Notes: generated by a model from the letters alone, not told the origin. 64,000 bases of DNA from a bacterium (GCA_021831595.1 JAKBMK010000020.1:2801-66800), one strand, 5' to 3'; positions 17,280-27,755 are shown, counted from the stretch's first letter. Numbers and translations: made by a program.

Positions 17280-19784
17280 ATGTCTAATCAAAAAAGAACA
17301 GATCCAAATACTGGTCTTACTTCTATTGAAGTTAAAAAATATCTATCTCAGTATGGAGAAAATACTATATATCATCGCAAGAAACTTAAACCTTTTGTTC
17401 TTCTTCTCTCAAAATTTAATAATCCTCTTTTGTTTTTACTTATGGGGGCATCTCTCATTTCATTTTTCTTTGGACAAAGAGTCAATGCTATTATTCTCAT
17501 TGTGATGATTTTGATTTCTGCTTTGCTTGATTTCTTTAATAGCTACAAATCAGAAAAAGTTGCAGAAAAATTGGTAGAAAGCGTCGCTTCGACTGCGACA
17601 GTCCGTCGTGACGGTATTACAAAAGAAATTCCTCTACATAACCTTGTCCCAGGAGATATTGTTCTTCTTTCGGCTGGAGATGTAATACCAGCAGACTGTA
17701 TTGTTATATCGGCAGATGATTTCTTTGTGAACCAGTCAGCTCTGACAGGGGAATCTTTTCCAGTAGAAAAGTTTATAGATAAAGATGACGTCTTTCCAGA
17801 AGATATGATACTGAAATTGTCTGACAATACAGCTGTTTTTATGGGAACTTCTGTCGTCACAGGTACAGCTTTGGTAGAAGTCGTTAAAACGGGAGCGAGT
17901 GCCGAATTTGGTAAAATTGCAGATAAATTATCCTCTACGAGAGAACAAACTAGTTTTGAGATAGGTCTCAAACGGTTTAGTATTTTTATCCTTCGTTTGA
18001 CTTTGGTTATGGTAATATTTGTTTTTGTTGTTAATGCTTTATATGGGAAAGGGGTTTTGGATTCTTTCCTTTTTGCAGCGGCTATTGCTGTCGGGCTTAC
18101 TCCAGAACTTTTACCTGTCATTATGACAGTAACTCTTTCTCATGGATCACTTCGAATGGCCAAGAAAGAAGTTATTTTGAAGAATTTAGCCTCTGTTCAA
18201 AACTTTGGAAGCATGGATATACTTTGTACAGACAAAACTGGAACTTTAACCGAAGATAAGATTGAACTTATCAAGTGTGTAAATATTTCAGACGAAGATT
18301 CTAAAAGTACACTTCTATATGCATATCTAAGTAGTATCCATCATACTGCTCGCAAGAGTCCTCTCGATGATGCTATCCAAGTTCACGGCAAGATGGATAC
18401 TAGTAATTTCAAAAAAATAGACGAAATTCCTTTTGATTTTGAACGTCGTCGTGAATCTATCGTCGTAGATAACAATGGAGAAAGGTTCATTATTACCAAA
18501 GGAGCTCCTGAGAGTATTTTCGCTGTTTGTAGTAAATTAGAAGGGGACGATGTAGACAATTTTAAAGAAGATATTATCAAGAAAGCAAAAGAAGAATACG
18601 ATCGATTAAGCAGTGAAGGTTTCAGAGTGCTTGCTTATGCAATAAAAAAAGTAGAGATAGAAGAAAGAGTTAAATACAAAAACCAAGAAGAAGAGAGTAT
18701 GACTTTTGTAGGATTCGCAGCTTTTCTTGATCCTCCAAAGAAGAGTGCCAGCAATGCTTTACAAGAGCTTGAAAATTTAAATATAAAATTAAAGATTATT
18801 ACAGGTGATAGTGAAATATTAACAGAGAGAATTTGTCGTGATCTAGATATAAAAATAGAAGGCACTTTGGTTGGTGGAGACATAGATAAAATGACAGACG
18901 AAGAACTTTCTCTCAAATTAGAAAATACAAATATTTTTGCTCGTGTTAGTCCAATGCAAAAGGAGAGAATCGTGAAGCTTTTACAAAAACTAGGGCATAC
19001 CGTTGGTTATATGGGTGATGGAATAAATGATGCTCCAGTTTTGAAAGCAGCAGATGTGGGTATATCTGTAAATAATGGAGTAGATGTAGCCAAAGAAACT
19101 GCTGATATCATTTTGATGAACAAGAATCTCCATGTTTTGAAGGATGGTGTGATAGAAGGAAGAAAGACCTTCCAGAATACTTTGAAATATATAAAGATGG
19201 GATTCTCTTCAAATTTCGGTAATATGTTTTCTATGATGGGAGCTTCAGCGATATTGCCATTCTTTCCAATGCTCTCTACTCAGATTCTCTTTAATAATTT
19301 TCTTTATGATATTTCACAGACAACGATTCCCGCAGATAATACTGATATAGAGTCTGTAAAGGAGCCACTCGGATGGAATATGAAAGTATTTTTCAAATAT
19401 ATTATTGTTTTTGGTCTTGTAAGTTCTATTTTTGATTTTCTAACTTTCTATCTTCTTTATGGTGTCTTTCATTTGAACGCTTCGCATTTCCAGACTGGAT
19501 GGTTTATAGAATCTATCGCTACTCAGGTTCTAGTAATATTTGTTATAAGAACAAAGAGAATACCATTCTTTAGAAGTACAGCAGGGAAGTGGGTCATATT
19601 TAGTACTATAGGAATTGTTCTACTCGCCTGGATTACACCATATACTATATTAGGTAGATTGTTGTCATTTGATCCATTACCACCCGTAATTATAGCTTCA
19701 ATATTCGGTCTAGTCCTTATTTATCTACTTGTAGCAGAGGTTGCCAAGTATTTCTTCTATCGACACTTCACAAAAGCTCCATAA
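17280..19784 (+). CDS. mgtA: Magnesium-translocating P-type ATPase
   Basis: LTGESFP, VGLTPELLP, DKTGTLT, PFDFERRR, FLDPPK, GDGIND, SSNFGNMFS, FQTGWFIES. Confidence 0.93.
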   Translation: MSNQKRTDPNTGLTSIEVKKYLSQYGENTIYHRKKLKPFVLLLSKFNNPLLFLLMGASLISFFFGQRVNAIILIVMILISALLDFFNSYKSEKVAEKLVESVASTATVRRDGITKEIPLHNLVPGDIVLLSAGDVIPADCIVISADDFFVNQSALTGESFPVEKFIDKDDVFPEDMILKLSDNTAVFMGTSVVTGTALVEVVKTGASAEFGKIADKLSSTREQTSFEIGLKRFSIFILRLTLVMVIFVFVVNALYGKGVLDSFLFAAAIAVGLTPELLPVIMTVTLSHGSLRMAKKEVILKNLASVQNFGSMDILCTDKTGTLTEDKIELIKCVNISDEDSKSTLLYAYLSSIHHTARKSPLDDAIQVHGKMDTSNFKKIDEIPFDFERRRESIVVDNNGERFIITKGAPESIFAVCSKLEGDDVDNFKEDIIKKAKEEYDRLSSEGFRVLAYAIKKVEIEERVKYKNQEEESMTFVGFAAFLDPPKKSASNALQELENLNIKLKIITGDSEILTERICRDLDIKIEGTLVGGDIDKMTDEELSLKLENTNIFARVSPMQKERIVKLLQKLGHTVGYMGDGINDAPVLKAADVGISVNNGVDVAKETADIILMNKNLHVLKDGVIEGRKTFQNTLKYIKMGFSSNFGNMFSMMGASAILPFFPMLSTQILFNNFLYDISQTTIPADNTDIESVKEPLGWNMKVFFKYIIVFGLVSSIFDFLTFYLLYGVFHLNASHFQTGWFIESIATQVLVIFVIRTKRIPFFRSTAGKWVIFSTIGIVLLAWITPYTILGRLLSFDPLPPVIIASIFGLVLIYLLVAEVAKYFFYRHFTKAP

Positions 19785-19805
19785 AATAAGGGATAAAGTT
19801 ACTAT

Positions 19806-19833
19806 TGACTTATATATAGATTTATGCTATAAT
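19806..19833 (+). promoter_or_regulatory. Near-consensus sigma70 promoter for the 19909 gene
   Basis: TTGACT ...17 nt... TATAAT preceded by TG-n. Confidence 0.6.
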
Positions 19834-19908
19834 AAGCACAATTTCCTGTACCATACTTAATTTTAAGTTTGGAGGGAAGCAAAATATAAATCATCAAAAT
19901 TAAAAAAG

Positions 19909-20394
19909 ATGAAAAAATTTGTTGGTTCTTTGTTACTCGTTGTCGGTATTGTTTTGTTGTCCATCATGCTCGATTCTTGCCAAAAGGAAGAGTTGGTTCC
20001 CGGGATTGTCTATACCGACACCCCGCCTGAATCTCTTTTCGTTAACGGTTATGCTAATACCCAAAAAATTTGGATAGAAAGCATTGCTGAAGCCAAAAAA
20101 ATCAAAGGCGACGAAAATGTTTGTGATGGATATACGAATCCGAATACTGGAGAATGGGTATATCGCGATTGTGGTATCTGGAGATTAATTCCAGCAAAAA
20201 AGTATTGGGGAATCCAAGGAGGAATAATTTACTTATCCAAATCAACCGATTGGTACATTATTAAGCCCAACGATTACCTTTCTCTTTTTGAAGGGATTAC
20301 CAAAAAACAAACTATGATTGCCTACTTTTGGGCCGGAGGTCAAAACCCTTTCGGCATAACCAATCCTATGGTTACAGGCATTGAATACAATTAG
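19909..20394 (+). CDS. Putative lipoprotein
   Basis: MKK + hydrophobic stretch + LDSC followed by QKEE. Confidence 0.6.
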   Translation: MKKFVGSLLLVVGIVLLSIMLDSCQKEELVPGIVYTDTPPESLFVNGYANTQKIWIESIAEAKKIKGDENVCDGYTNPNTGEWVYRDCGIWRLIPAKKYWGIQGGIIYLSKSTDWYIIKPNDYLSLFEGITKKQTMIAYFWAGGQNPFGITNPMVTGIEYN

Positions 20395-20499
20395 CGAAAA
20401 AATTAAAACCAAAAAATGGTTTGGGGCGTCACAATAGTGGCGCTCTTTTTTGTTTTTATTTGCTTATAGACATTATTTATTGGTATAATGAATACACAT

Positions 20500-21684
20500 A
20501 TGGGATTATTTTCATCTAAAAAAGAAAAAATTGTAGCCATTTTTGATATTGGATCAGGAAGTGTTGGGGGTGCATTAGTGAGTGTCCCTTTTGATGATAA
20601 AAATTTACCAACAATCATAAAATCAACCCGTACAGATATAGTCACAAGGAAAGAAGTAGACTTTGAGTTATTCTTAAAAGATATGATTTTGGCTTTAGGT
20701 TTCGCTTCCAAAGCTTTATATCATAGCAAGCTAGGAGCACCAGATGAAATAATTTGTGTATTAGCTTCTCCTTGGTATGTCAGTGAGACCAGAATGATAA
20801 AAATGACGAAAGAGCACTCATTTACTTTCACGAAGAGTATAGTAAATGAATTATTAGAAAAAGAAGTGTCAGCTTTAGATGCTTTGTATAAAAATAAATA
20901 CGAAAACGTAGAAGGAACTTCTGAGATTATAGAGCATCCAATTCTTGGTATTTCACTCAATGGATATCAGGTAGATGACCCATTGGGCAAGAGGACTCGT
21001 TCTGTCGAGATGAATATGGTTATATCTCTTTCCCCAAAAATATGTTTGGATAAAATAAAAGAAACCATAGAGAAGACATTTCATCATAATGATAATATTA
21101 CCTTTTCTTCTTTTATGATGGATTCTTATATTGCTGTTAGAGATAGATATATGAGTCATGAATCTTATCTATTACTAGATATAGGGGGTGAAATCACTGA
21201 TATAGCTGTTGTTTCCAAGGGTATATTGAAAGATTCTCTGTCATTCCCTTATGGCAAGAAGAGTCTACTTCGAGATATAAGTAATAAATTAAAAATAGAA
21301 TTACGCGATGCCAAAGAAATTTTCAGTCTATATAATGGTGGTGTAATTTCAGAAAAAGAAAGTGCAAGACTTGAGCCTGTTTTGAATTCAATAAAAGAAT
21401 CCTGGATGGCTTCTTTCAGAGAATGTATAAGCGCTCTTCCGAAAACTTTATCTCTACCGAACGCAATGTTTATTACTATAGATGGAGACATAAAAGATTG
21501 GTTTATAAAAATTATAAAAGATGAAGAATTTGTACAATCTACTCTTCTAAATAAGAAGTTTGCGATAATACCACTCGATGGCCCGGTATTTTTAAACATG
21601 TGTGATGTCAGGAATAGTGGATGTGATTCATTCTTAATGATTGAAGCTATAAGTGCTAGGAGAAAAATGAATTTGTATGACTAA
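20500..21684 (+). CDS. FtsA/PilM-like actin-fold protein
   Basis: IFDIGSGSVGGALV and LLLDIGGEITDI phosphate-loop motifs; SFPYG. Confidence 0.65.
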   Translation: MGLFSSKKEKIVAIFDIGSGSVGGALVSVPFDDKNLPTIIKSTRTDIVTRKEVDFELFLKDMILALGFASKALYHSKLGAPDEIICVLASPWYVSETRMIKMTKEHSFTFTKSIVNELLEKEVSALDALYKNKYENVEGTSEIIEHPILGISLNGYQVDDPLGKRTRSVEMNMVISLSPKICLDKIKETIEKTFHHNDNITFSSFMMDSYIAVRDRYMSHESYLLLDIGGEITDIAVVSKGILKDSLSFPYGKKSLLRDISNKLKIELRDAKEIFSLYNGGVISEKESARLEPVLNSIKESWMASFRECISALPKTLSLPNAMFITIDGDIKDWFIKIIKDEEFVQSTLLNKKFAIIPLDGPVFLNMCDVRNSGCDSFLMIEAISARRKMNLYD

Positions 21685-23119
21685 AAGAGTTTTAGAAGAT
21701 ATCAAACTAAATAAAAACAATGCTTCAAATACTGCTAAAACAGTAAATATTCCTGTTGTTAATACTTTTAAACCAGAAGTTAAGATTGAGCCAAAACCAG
21801 AATCAAAACCTACTATAACCCCAATAGTAGAAACAAAAACAAAAGAAGAAGTAAAAACCGAAATTAATTCGGAAAAGAAATCTGAAAGTATAACAGGAAA
21901 TAAATATGAATTTTTGAAAAAACATTCCAGTTTTAATAATAGCAACAAGAGGATTTCATATACACCCCAAATGCCCTCGAAAAGGCGTTTCAATAAAATT
22001 ATTCTTTATGCTTTCATAATCTCCATCATTTTGGGTGTTTTCTACCTTTTCTCTACTACTTTCTTTATCGCGAAAGTAACTGTAGTTCCCAAGAGTAAAA
22101 TTTTTAATCTCGATGGTCAAGAATTTCTAGCTTCAAAGAAAAATGGTGTGCCTTTTGAGGTTATGATTGTTGATGATACAGAGAGTAAGAGTGTAGTTCT
22201 GACATCATCAAGAGAGGCTTCCGATAAGGCGAAAGGACAGATAACCCTATACAATAGTTATAGTAATAAACCTATTAAATTCACGGCAGGAACTTTTATT
22301 TCTGATGAAAAAGGTAAATCATACAAGATAGATACTGCTGTGTCTGTGCCTGGCTATACCACAAAAGACTCAAAGATTATTCCAGGTGAAGCAGTTGTTA
22401 GTATCACATCTTTCTTGCCAGGAGAAGCATATAATGGATCTCCAGAAATGTTTTATATAAATTCCTTCAAGAATACCGATAAATATAAAAAGATTTATGG
22501 CAAAGTAAAAAGTCCTTTGGTGGGTGGAGCTTTAGGGTCAGTATATTTTGTGGACGATGGAGAAAAAGAAAAAATTCTTTCGAATGTTACTACATCTAGA
22601 GATAAACTTTTGAAGAAAATGAATGCTTTGGTTCCAGAAGGTTATATATTGTATAAAGATGCAGTAAATTATTCTTATAATATTGATCCAAACTTTTTAT
22701 CAAAGACACCAAACACAAAGATAGATATACATGGAAATTTGTCCGCAATATTATTAAAAAGAGAGGAACTCGCATCTCTTGTTATAGACAAGCAGCTTCC
22801 TGATATAAACAGAGCGGAGAAAAAAGAAATTTTAGAGCCAGATTTATCTTCCTTATCATTTAATTTTACTGACAAGAACTTTATTATAAATAAAGAAGTT
22901 GAAAGTTTTGAATTTGAGCTAAAAGGGAATTTGACTCTCAATTGGAATCCTGATGTTAATAAATTGCAGACTTCTTTGGTGGGGAAAAATAAGGCCGACA
23001 TACCGAATATTTTCAAGCAAGACCCAGGAATAACTAGCGCCAGTGTGAAAATAATCCCATTTTGGGCCAAGAAGGTACCACTAAAGACAGAAAAGATAAA
23101 TATTATAATGAAAAAGTAG
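21677..23119 (+). CDS. Membrane-anchored protein with baseplate-J-like extracellular domain
   Basis: Disordered N-terminus, single TM, KAKGQITLYN..GTFIS..PGEAYN..LVGG pattern; overlaps the FtsA-like gene. Confidence 0.5.
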   Translation: MTKRVLEDIKLNKNNASNTAKTVNIPVVNTFKPEVKIEPKPESKPTITPIVETKTKEEVKTEINSEKKSESITGNKYEFLKKHSSFNNSNKRISYTPQMPSKRRFNKIILYAFIISIILGVFYLFSTTFFIAKVTVVPKSKIFNLDGQEFLASKKNGVPFEVMIVDDTESKSVVLTSSREASDKAKGQITLYNSYSNKPIKFTAGTFISDEKGKSYKIDTAVSVPGYTTKDSKIIPGEAVVSITSFLPGEAYNGSPEMFYINSFKNTDKYKKIYGKVKSPLVGGALGSVYFVDDGEKEKILSNVTTSRDKLLKKMNALVPEGYILYKDAVNYSYNIDPNFLSKTPNTKIDIHGNLSAILLKREELASLVIDKQLPDINRAEKKEILEPDLSSLSFNFTDKNFIINKEVESFEFELKGNLTLNWNPDVNKLQTSLVGKNKADIPNIFKQDPGITSASVKIIPFWAKKVPLKTEKINIIMKK

Positions 23120-23170
23120 TCATAAATGTTGACTAAAAATTATATATTTGTTATGATGATAGTACATTAA

Positions 23171-23386
23171 ATGAATCAAAGAGACGACAACAATACAGTA
23201 ATTGGCACAGTGACAGAGGCCCTTCCTAATACTCTATTTAGGGTAGATATAGGAGATGGTAAAGTGATTCTAAGCTACTTGTCTGGAAAGATGAGAATGC
23301 ATAGAATTAAGGTACTTTTAGGGGATAGAGTTGAAGTCCTTCTTGATCCATATGGTGGAAAAGGCAGGATTATTAAGAGAGGTTAA
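23171..23386 (+). CDS. infA: Translation initiation factor IF-1
   Basis: GTVTEALPNTLFRV, LSGKMRMHRIKVLLGDRV. Confidence 0.97.
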   Translation: MNQRDDNNTVIGTVTEALPNTLFRVDIGDGKVILSYLSGKMRMHRIKVLLGDRVEVLLDPYGGKGRIIKRG

Positions 23387-23491
23387 GAGCCCCTCTTGCA
23401 TTTTTATTTAAATAGTGTAGTATATTTCAATGCTTGAGTTTTATATAGGGCATAAGACCCTCTATTTTTCTTTTGTGTAGAAGATAATATT

Positions 23492-23602
23492 ATGAAAATC
23501 AAATCATCAATTAAGAAAATCTGTGCGAAATGTAAAATGGTAAAACGGGAAGGTCATCTCCGTATTATTTGTTCTAATCCTAAACATAAACAAAAACAAT
23601 AA
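23492..23602 (+). CDS. rpmJ: 50S ribosomal protein L36 (not in ORF track)
   Basis: [36 protein letters not shown]; CxxC..C..H; sits between infA and rpsM. Confidence 0.95.
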   Translation: MKIKSSIKKICAKCKMVKREGHLRIICSNPKHKQKQ

Positions 23603-23607
23603 TTTAT

Positions 23608-23988
23608 ATGAGAATTCTAGGTATAACAATTCCAAACAATAAACATTTAGATGTTGCCCTTACTGCTTTATACGGTATCGGTATCTCTCGTGCTCGTACT
23701 ATTTTGAAAGAAGCAGGTATCGATCCTTCTGTCAAAGCTGACACCTTAACCGTAGATGAAGAAAATGCCATCCGTAAGATTATAGAAACTATGCAGATTG
23801 AAGGAGTTCTAAAGCGTGAAATCGCCTCCAACATCAAGAGACTTAAAGACATCAAATCATACAGAGGAATTAGACATATGAGAAGATTGCCAGTGAATGG
23901 TCAGCGAACAAAGACTAATTCTAGAACAATAAGAGGTAATGTTAGAAAGACAATGGCATCTGGTCGCCGCAAGGAATCAAAGACATAA
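23608..23988 (+). CDS. rpsM: 30S ribosomal protein S13
   Basis: ALTALYGIG, YRGIRH, LPVNGQRTKTNSRT. Confidence 0.97.
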   Translation: MRILGITIPNNKHLDVALTALYGIGISRARTILKEAGIDPSVKADTLTVDEENAIRKIIETMQIEGVLKREIASNIKRLKDIKSYRGIRHMRRLPVNGQRTKTNSRTIRGNVRKTMASGRRKESKT

Positions 23989-24019
23989 TCACTAGCTACT
24001 AGAAATTAATTCATATCAT

Positions 24020-24472
24020 ATGGGAAAGATTAAAATAATAAACAAAAAAGAAGACGAGAAGAAGGTAGATGAAGAAGCAGTTGTTGAGACTGCTCCCAAG
24101 GCATCTCTCAAAGTACCAAAAGCTAAAATTGTTGCTGGAACTTTGCACGTAGAAGCCACTTTCAATAATACAAAAGTAATTCTCTCAGACAAGAATGGTA
24201 ATACTTTGTTCTGGACTTCTGCAGGATCACTAGGTTTTAAAGGTGCAAAGAAGGGTACTCCTTTTGCTGCATCAAAAGCTGGTTCTGTAATTGGCGAGAA
24301 AGCTAAAGCTCTTGGAATCAAAGAAGTTGATGTAAAAGTTAAAGGAGTAGGATCGGGGCGAGAACCTACGATTAGAGCTTTCATGGCTTATGATATAGAT
24401 ATATCAGGAGTCAAAGATTTAACACCAGTTCCACACAATGGTCCTAAACCAAAGAAACCTCGTAGAGTATAA
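24020..24472 (+). CDS. rpsK: 30S ribosomal protein S11
   Basis: ATFNNT, GFKGAKKGTPFAA, DLTPVPHNG. Confidence 0.97.
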   Translation: MGKIKIINKKEDEKKVDEEAVVETAPKASLKVPKAKIVAGTLHVEATFNNTKVILSDKNGNTLFWTSAGSLGFKGAKKGTPFAASKAGSVIGEKAKALGIKEVDVKVKGVGSGREPTIRAFMAYDIDISGVKDLTPVPHNGPKPKKPRRV

Positions 24473-24481
24473 TAATCAATT

Positions 24482-25096
24482 ATGAAAACAGTAAAAAAAT
24501 ATAAAATAGGAAGAAGATTGGGCGCAGGAGTGTTTGAGAAATGTCAAACAGCTAAGTTCGTCGCATCTGAAGCTCGTCATTTAAAAAACTCCAAGAATAA
24601 AAAGCCTAAAGTACTTTCAGGCTATGCTCTTCAATTCGTAGAAAAGCAAAAAGTTCGCTTTATGTACAACATAAGTGAAAAGCAATTTTCAAATTATATT
24701 AAAGAAGCTGTTTCTACCAAAGCCAAGGGTGCTGTTGCTACAGAAGTTTTATATGAATTACTTGAAAATAGACTTGATAATGTGACTTACAGACTAGGAC
24801 TTGCTCACACTCGTCGTCTCTCTCGCCAAATGGTTTCTCACGGACATATAACAGTTAATGGAATTAAAACAACAGTTCCATCTCTACGTGTTAAAGTTGG
24901 AGATATCATTGCTGTTCGCGCAGGAAGCCAAAAGAGTCCAATGTTTGCGGAGATGGTTAAAAAGTCAAAAGAATATACAGCTCCAAATTGGCTCACTTTT
25001 AATGCGGAAACTCTAACAGGTAAAGTTGTAGGTAAACCAAAGAATGTAGATGGTTTCCTTGATCTAAACACTGTGCTTGAATTTTATAGTCGTTAG
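24482..25096 (+). CDS. rpsD: 30S ribosomal protein S4
   Basis: EKQKVRFMY, LENRLDNVTYRLG, RQMVSHGHI, LEFYSR. Confidence 0.97.
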   Translation: MKTVKKYKIGRRLGAGVFEKCQTAKFVASEARHLKNSKNKKPKVLSGYALQFVEKQKVRFMYNISEKQFSNYIKEAVSTKAKGAVATEVLYELLENRLDNVTYRLGLAHTRRLSRQMVSHGHITVNGIKTTVPSLRVKVGDIIAVRAGSQKSPMFAEMVKKSKEYTAPNWLTFNAETLTGKVVGKPKNVDGFLDLNTVLEFYSR

Positions 25097-25160
25097 TATA
25101 TTAGTAACGTATGGTTAATTTTAATAAATAATTTATTGCGGGGTAACTCGCCAATATCAT

Positions 25161-26135
25161 ATGTCTCATTTAAATATCATTTTACCATCCAAGTTATCTA
25201 TAGTTTCTGAAGCAGATACAAAGGGTGTATATGAAATAGAAGGACTTTATCCTGGGTATGGACACACTCTAGGTAATTCTCTTCGTCGTATAATACTCTC
25301 ATCTCTTTCTGGAGCAGCTATTACTACCGTAAAAATTGAAGGAGTTGATCATGAATTTTCAGTTATGGATGGTGTAAAAGAAGATGTTATAACAATCTTA
25401 CTTCACTTAAAGCAAGTTCGTTTTCGTCTACTTACAGATGAACCACAAACAGTCAAACTTTCAGTAAAGGGACCAAAGCTAGTTACTGCTGCTGATATTA
25501 CAGCGGGTGGTCAAGTTGAAGTTTTGAATAAAGATTTATATATTGCAGAGATAACATCCAAGGCTAATTTTTCGATAGAAATGACAGTAGAAAAAGGATT
25601 AGGATTTGTTCCTAAAGATGTTCATCAAAAGAGTAAGAATGAAGTTGGCACTATTTCTTTAGATGCTATATTTACTCCTATTCGTCGCGTTTCTTATGAA
25701 GTTGAAAATATGCGTGTCGGCGACAAGACAAACCACAATCGTCTACGTATGACTATCGAGACAGATGGAACTCTCACTCCTCGTGAAGCCCTAGAACAAG
25801 CTATTACAACAATGGTAGAACAACTTCAAGCTATTGTTGGATTTACAGTTGCAAATCGTTCAGCTATTGAAAACAAAGCAGAAGAAACAGAAAAAGGAGA
25901 AGCACCTGAAGAGAAAGAGGAAGGAAGTGAATTTACTGATATTTTAAAGACCCGTATTGATACTCTTAAGCTTTCAACTCGTACACTTAATGCACTTACA
26001 GATGCGAATATTCGTACTATAGGTGGTATAGCGAGAAAGAAGAAAGAAGATCTACTTGAGATCGATGGTATCGGAGACAAAGGTATCCAAGAGATCAAGA
26101 AAGTTCTTGGTGAGTATAATATAACACTTAAATAA
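25161..26135 (+). CDS. rpoA: RNA polymerase subunit alpha
   Basis: GYGHTLGNSLRRIILSSL, DAIFTPIRRV, C-terminal LSTRTLNAL. Confidence 0.97.
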   Translation: MSHLNIILPSKLSIVSEADTKGVYEIEGLYPGYGHTLGNSLRRIILSSLSGAAITTVKIEGVDHEFSVMDGVKEDVITILLHLKQVRFRLLTDEPQTVKLSVKGPKLVTAADITAGGQVEVLNKDLYIAEITSKANFSIEMTVEKGLGFVPKDVHQKSKNEVGTISLDAIFTPIRRVSYEVENMRVGDKTNHNRLRMTIETDGTLTPREALEQAITTMVEQLQAIVGFTVANRSAIENKAEETEKGEAPEEKEEGSEFTDILKTRIDTLKLSTRTLNALTDANIRTIGGIARKKKEDLLEIDGIGDKGIQEIKKVLGEYNITLK

Positions 26136-26158
26136 TTAGTAATTAATCAGTAACATAT

Positions 26159-26512
26159 ATGAGACACGGAAATAATGTAAGAAAATTTGGAAGAACTAAG
26201 AATCAACGTCATGCTTTGATGAAAGGTTTGATGCTTGCTCTTATTGCTCACGGCAAGATCGAAACGACAGAAGCAAAGGCAAAAGAACTTCGCCCAGCTA
26301 TTGAGAAAATGATAACAAAAGCAAACGAAGGTACACTTGCTTCACGTAGACTTGTAATTTCACGTTTGTATGGATTAACAAGTGAAGCTTCAAAGTTGAT
26401 TGATACCATAGCTCCTAAGTATAAAGGTCAGAAGGGAGGCTATACACGTATTACAAAGATGCCACGTCGCCTTGGGGACGCTAGTAAAATGGCAATAATC
26501 GAATTTATATAA
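26159..26512 (+). CDS. rplQ: 50S ribosomal protein L17
   Basis: MRHG, IETTEAKAKELR, GGYTRI, RLGDA. Confidence 0.97.
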   Translation: MRHGNNVRKFGRTKNQRHALMKGLMLALIAHGKIETTEAKAKELRPAIEKMITKANEGTLASRRLVISRLYGLTSEASKLIDTIAPKYKGQKGGYTRITKMPRRLGDASKMAIIEFI

Positions 26513-26513
26513 T

Positions 26514-26864
26514 ATGACAAAAGTACACACAATTGATGCCACAGATAAGGTTCTAGGTCGCGTTGCAAGCGCTGCCGCCAAGGCTCTCATGGGTAAAACA
26601 TCTGCTGATTACAAAGCTAATCAAGTAGCTGATGTCCGTGTTTATATCAAGAATGCTTCAAAAACAAAAATGTCTGAAAGAAGAATGAGAGAAACTCTAC
26701 ACGAGACTTACTCAGGACAGCCAGGAGGATTCAAAGTAAAAACAAATGAAAAGATAATAGAGAAGAAAGGATGGAAAGGACTTTATGAACTTGCTGTTTT
26801 CGGAATGCTTCCCTCAAATAAACTAAGACCATTAATGATGAAACGTTTAACAATAACAGATTAA
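26514..26864 (+). CDS. rplM: 50S ribosomal protein L13 (short)
   Basis: IDATDKVLGRVAS, YSGQPGG, AVFGMLP. Confidence 0.93.
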   Translation: MTKVHTIDATDKVLGRVASAAAKALMGKTSADYKANQVADVRVYIKNASKTKMSERRMRETLHETYSGQPGGFKVKTNEKIIEKKGWKGLYELAVFGMLPSNKLRPLMMKRLTITD

Positions 26865-26872
26865 TAATTTTT

Positions 26873-27286
26873 ATGGCAGAAAAGAAAACAACAACAAAAG
26901 AATATTTTAGAGCTATTGGCCGTCGTAAGACTGCTGTGGCTGTAGTACGTTTGTACAAGGCAGCAAAAAATTCATACAAAGTAAATGGTAAAGATTTTAC
27001 AGAATATTTTCCAACACCAGAGCTAAAGAAGATAGTTACAGGAGCATTTGAGACAGCTACACCAGCTGAGAAGTTTGAAGTAGTAGCTACCACCAAGGGT
27101 GGAGGCTCACATGCTCAAGCCGAAGCTGTCCGTCACGGTATATCACGCGCATTAGTTCTCTTTGATACTGAACTTCGTTCACCACTCAAGAAGGCTAAAA
27201 TGCTTAAACGCGATCCTCGTGTCGTTGAAAGAAAGAAATTCGGACTCAAGAAAGCAAGAAAATCACCACAATGGTCAAAAAGATAA
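26873..27286 (+). CDS. rpsI: 30S ribosomal protein S9
   Basis: GRRKTAVA, GGGSHAQA, RDPRVVERKKFGLKKARKSPQWSKR. Confidence 0.97.
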   Translation: MAEKKTTTKEYFRAIGRRKTAVAVVRLYKAAKNSYKVNGKDFTEYFPTPELKKIVTGAFETATPAEKFEVVATTKGGGSHAQAEAVRHGISRALVLFDTELRSPLKKAKMLKRDPRVVERKKFGLKKARKSPQWSKR

Positions 27287-27287
27287 T

Positions 27288-27323
27288 AAAAATAAAAACT
27301 CCCATATGGGAGTTTTTATTTTT
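27288..27323 (+). terminator. Terminator ending the ribosomal operon
   Basis: AAAAATAAAAACTCCCA-TA-TGGGAGTTTTTATTTTT. Confidence 0.75.
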
Positions 27324-27348
27324 CTGCAATAGATTGTATAATAAAATA

Positions 27349-27711
27349 ATGAAATTTAATTCAAAAATTTGGAGTAATTTATTTTTTCTTGCACCTCTAA
27401 TAATATCCTTATATTATAGCCTGTTTTTGTATTCTATATTAGTATTTTTGTTGTTTATTTTTTCATTTCTGTATCATATTTCAGGAGAAAAAAAGTTTTT
27501 AATGGCAGATAAAATATTTGCTTATTTATTGATAGGGAGTAATCTTTTTCTTTCCTATTTATCAAATTTTAAAGAACCATATTTTTTATTAGCAATAGTT
27601 TCTGTAATTTTTGGTTTCTATTTCTTTTATATTAAAAAGAGGGATGATTATGAGTGGCATTTTTTCTGTTCAATGATAAGTTTATTTTGTTTATTATCAT
27701 ATATTTTATAA
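27349..27711 (+). CDS. Small very AT-rich multi-pass membrane protein
   Basis: About 4-5 hydrophobic segments; SFLYH, D and YEWH residues recall CREST/hemolysin-III-like metal ligands; start 6 nt after TATAAT. Confidence 0.5.
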   Translation: MKFNSKIWSNLFFLAPLIISLYYSLFLYSILVFLLFIFSFLYHISGEKKFLMADKIFAYLLIGSNLFLSYLSNFKEPYFLLAIVSVIFGFYFFYIKKRDDYEWHFFCSMISLFCLLSYIL

Positions 27712-27755
27712 ATTTTAGACCTTGAAAAAGTCTAATTTTTTGTTACAATGTAAAG

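Noticed and set aside
17543-18121. Antisense and alternate-frame ORFs in the ORF track (e.g. 17543-18121, 48197-48730, 30254-30760)
   Set aside because: They overlap well-supported genes and show no recognisable motifs; shadow ORFs.
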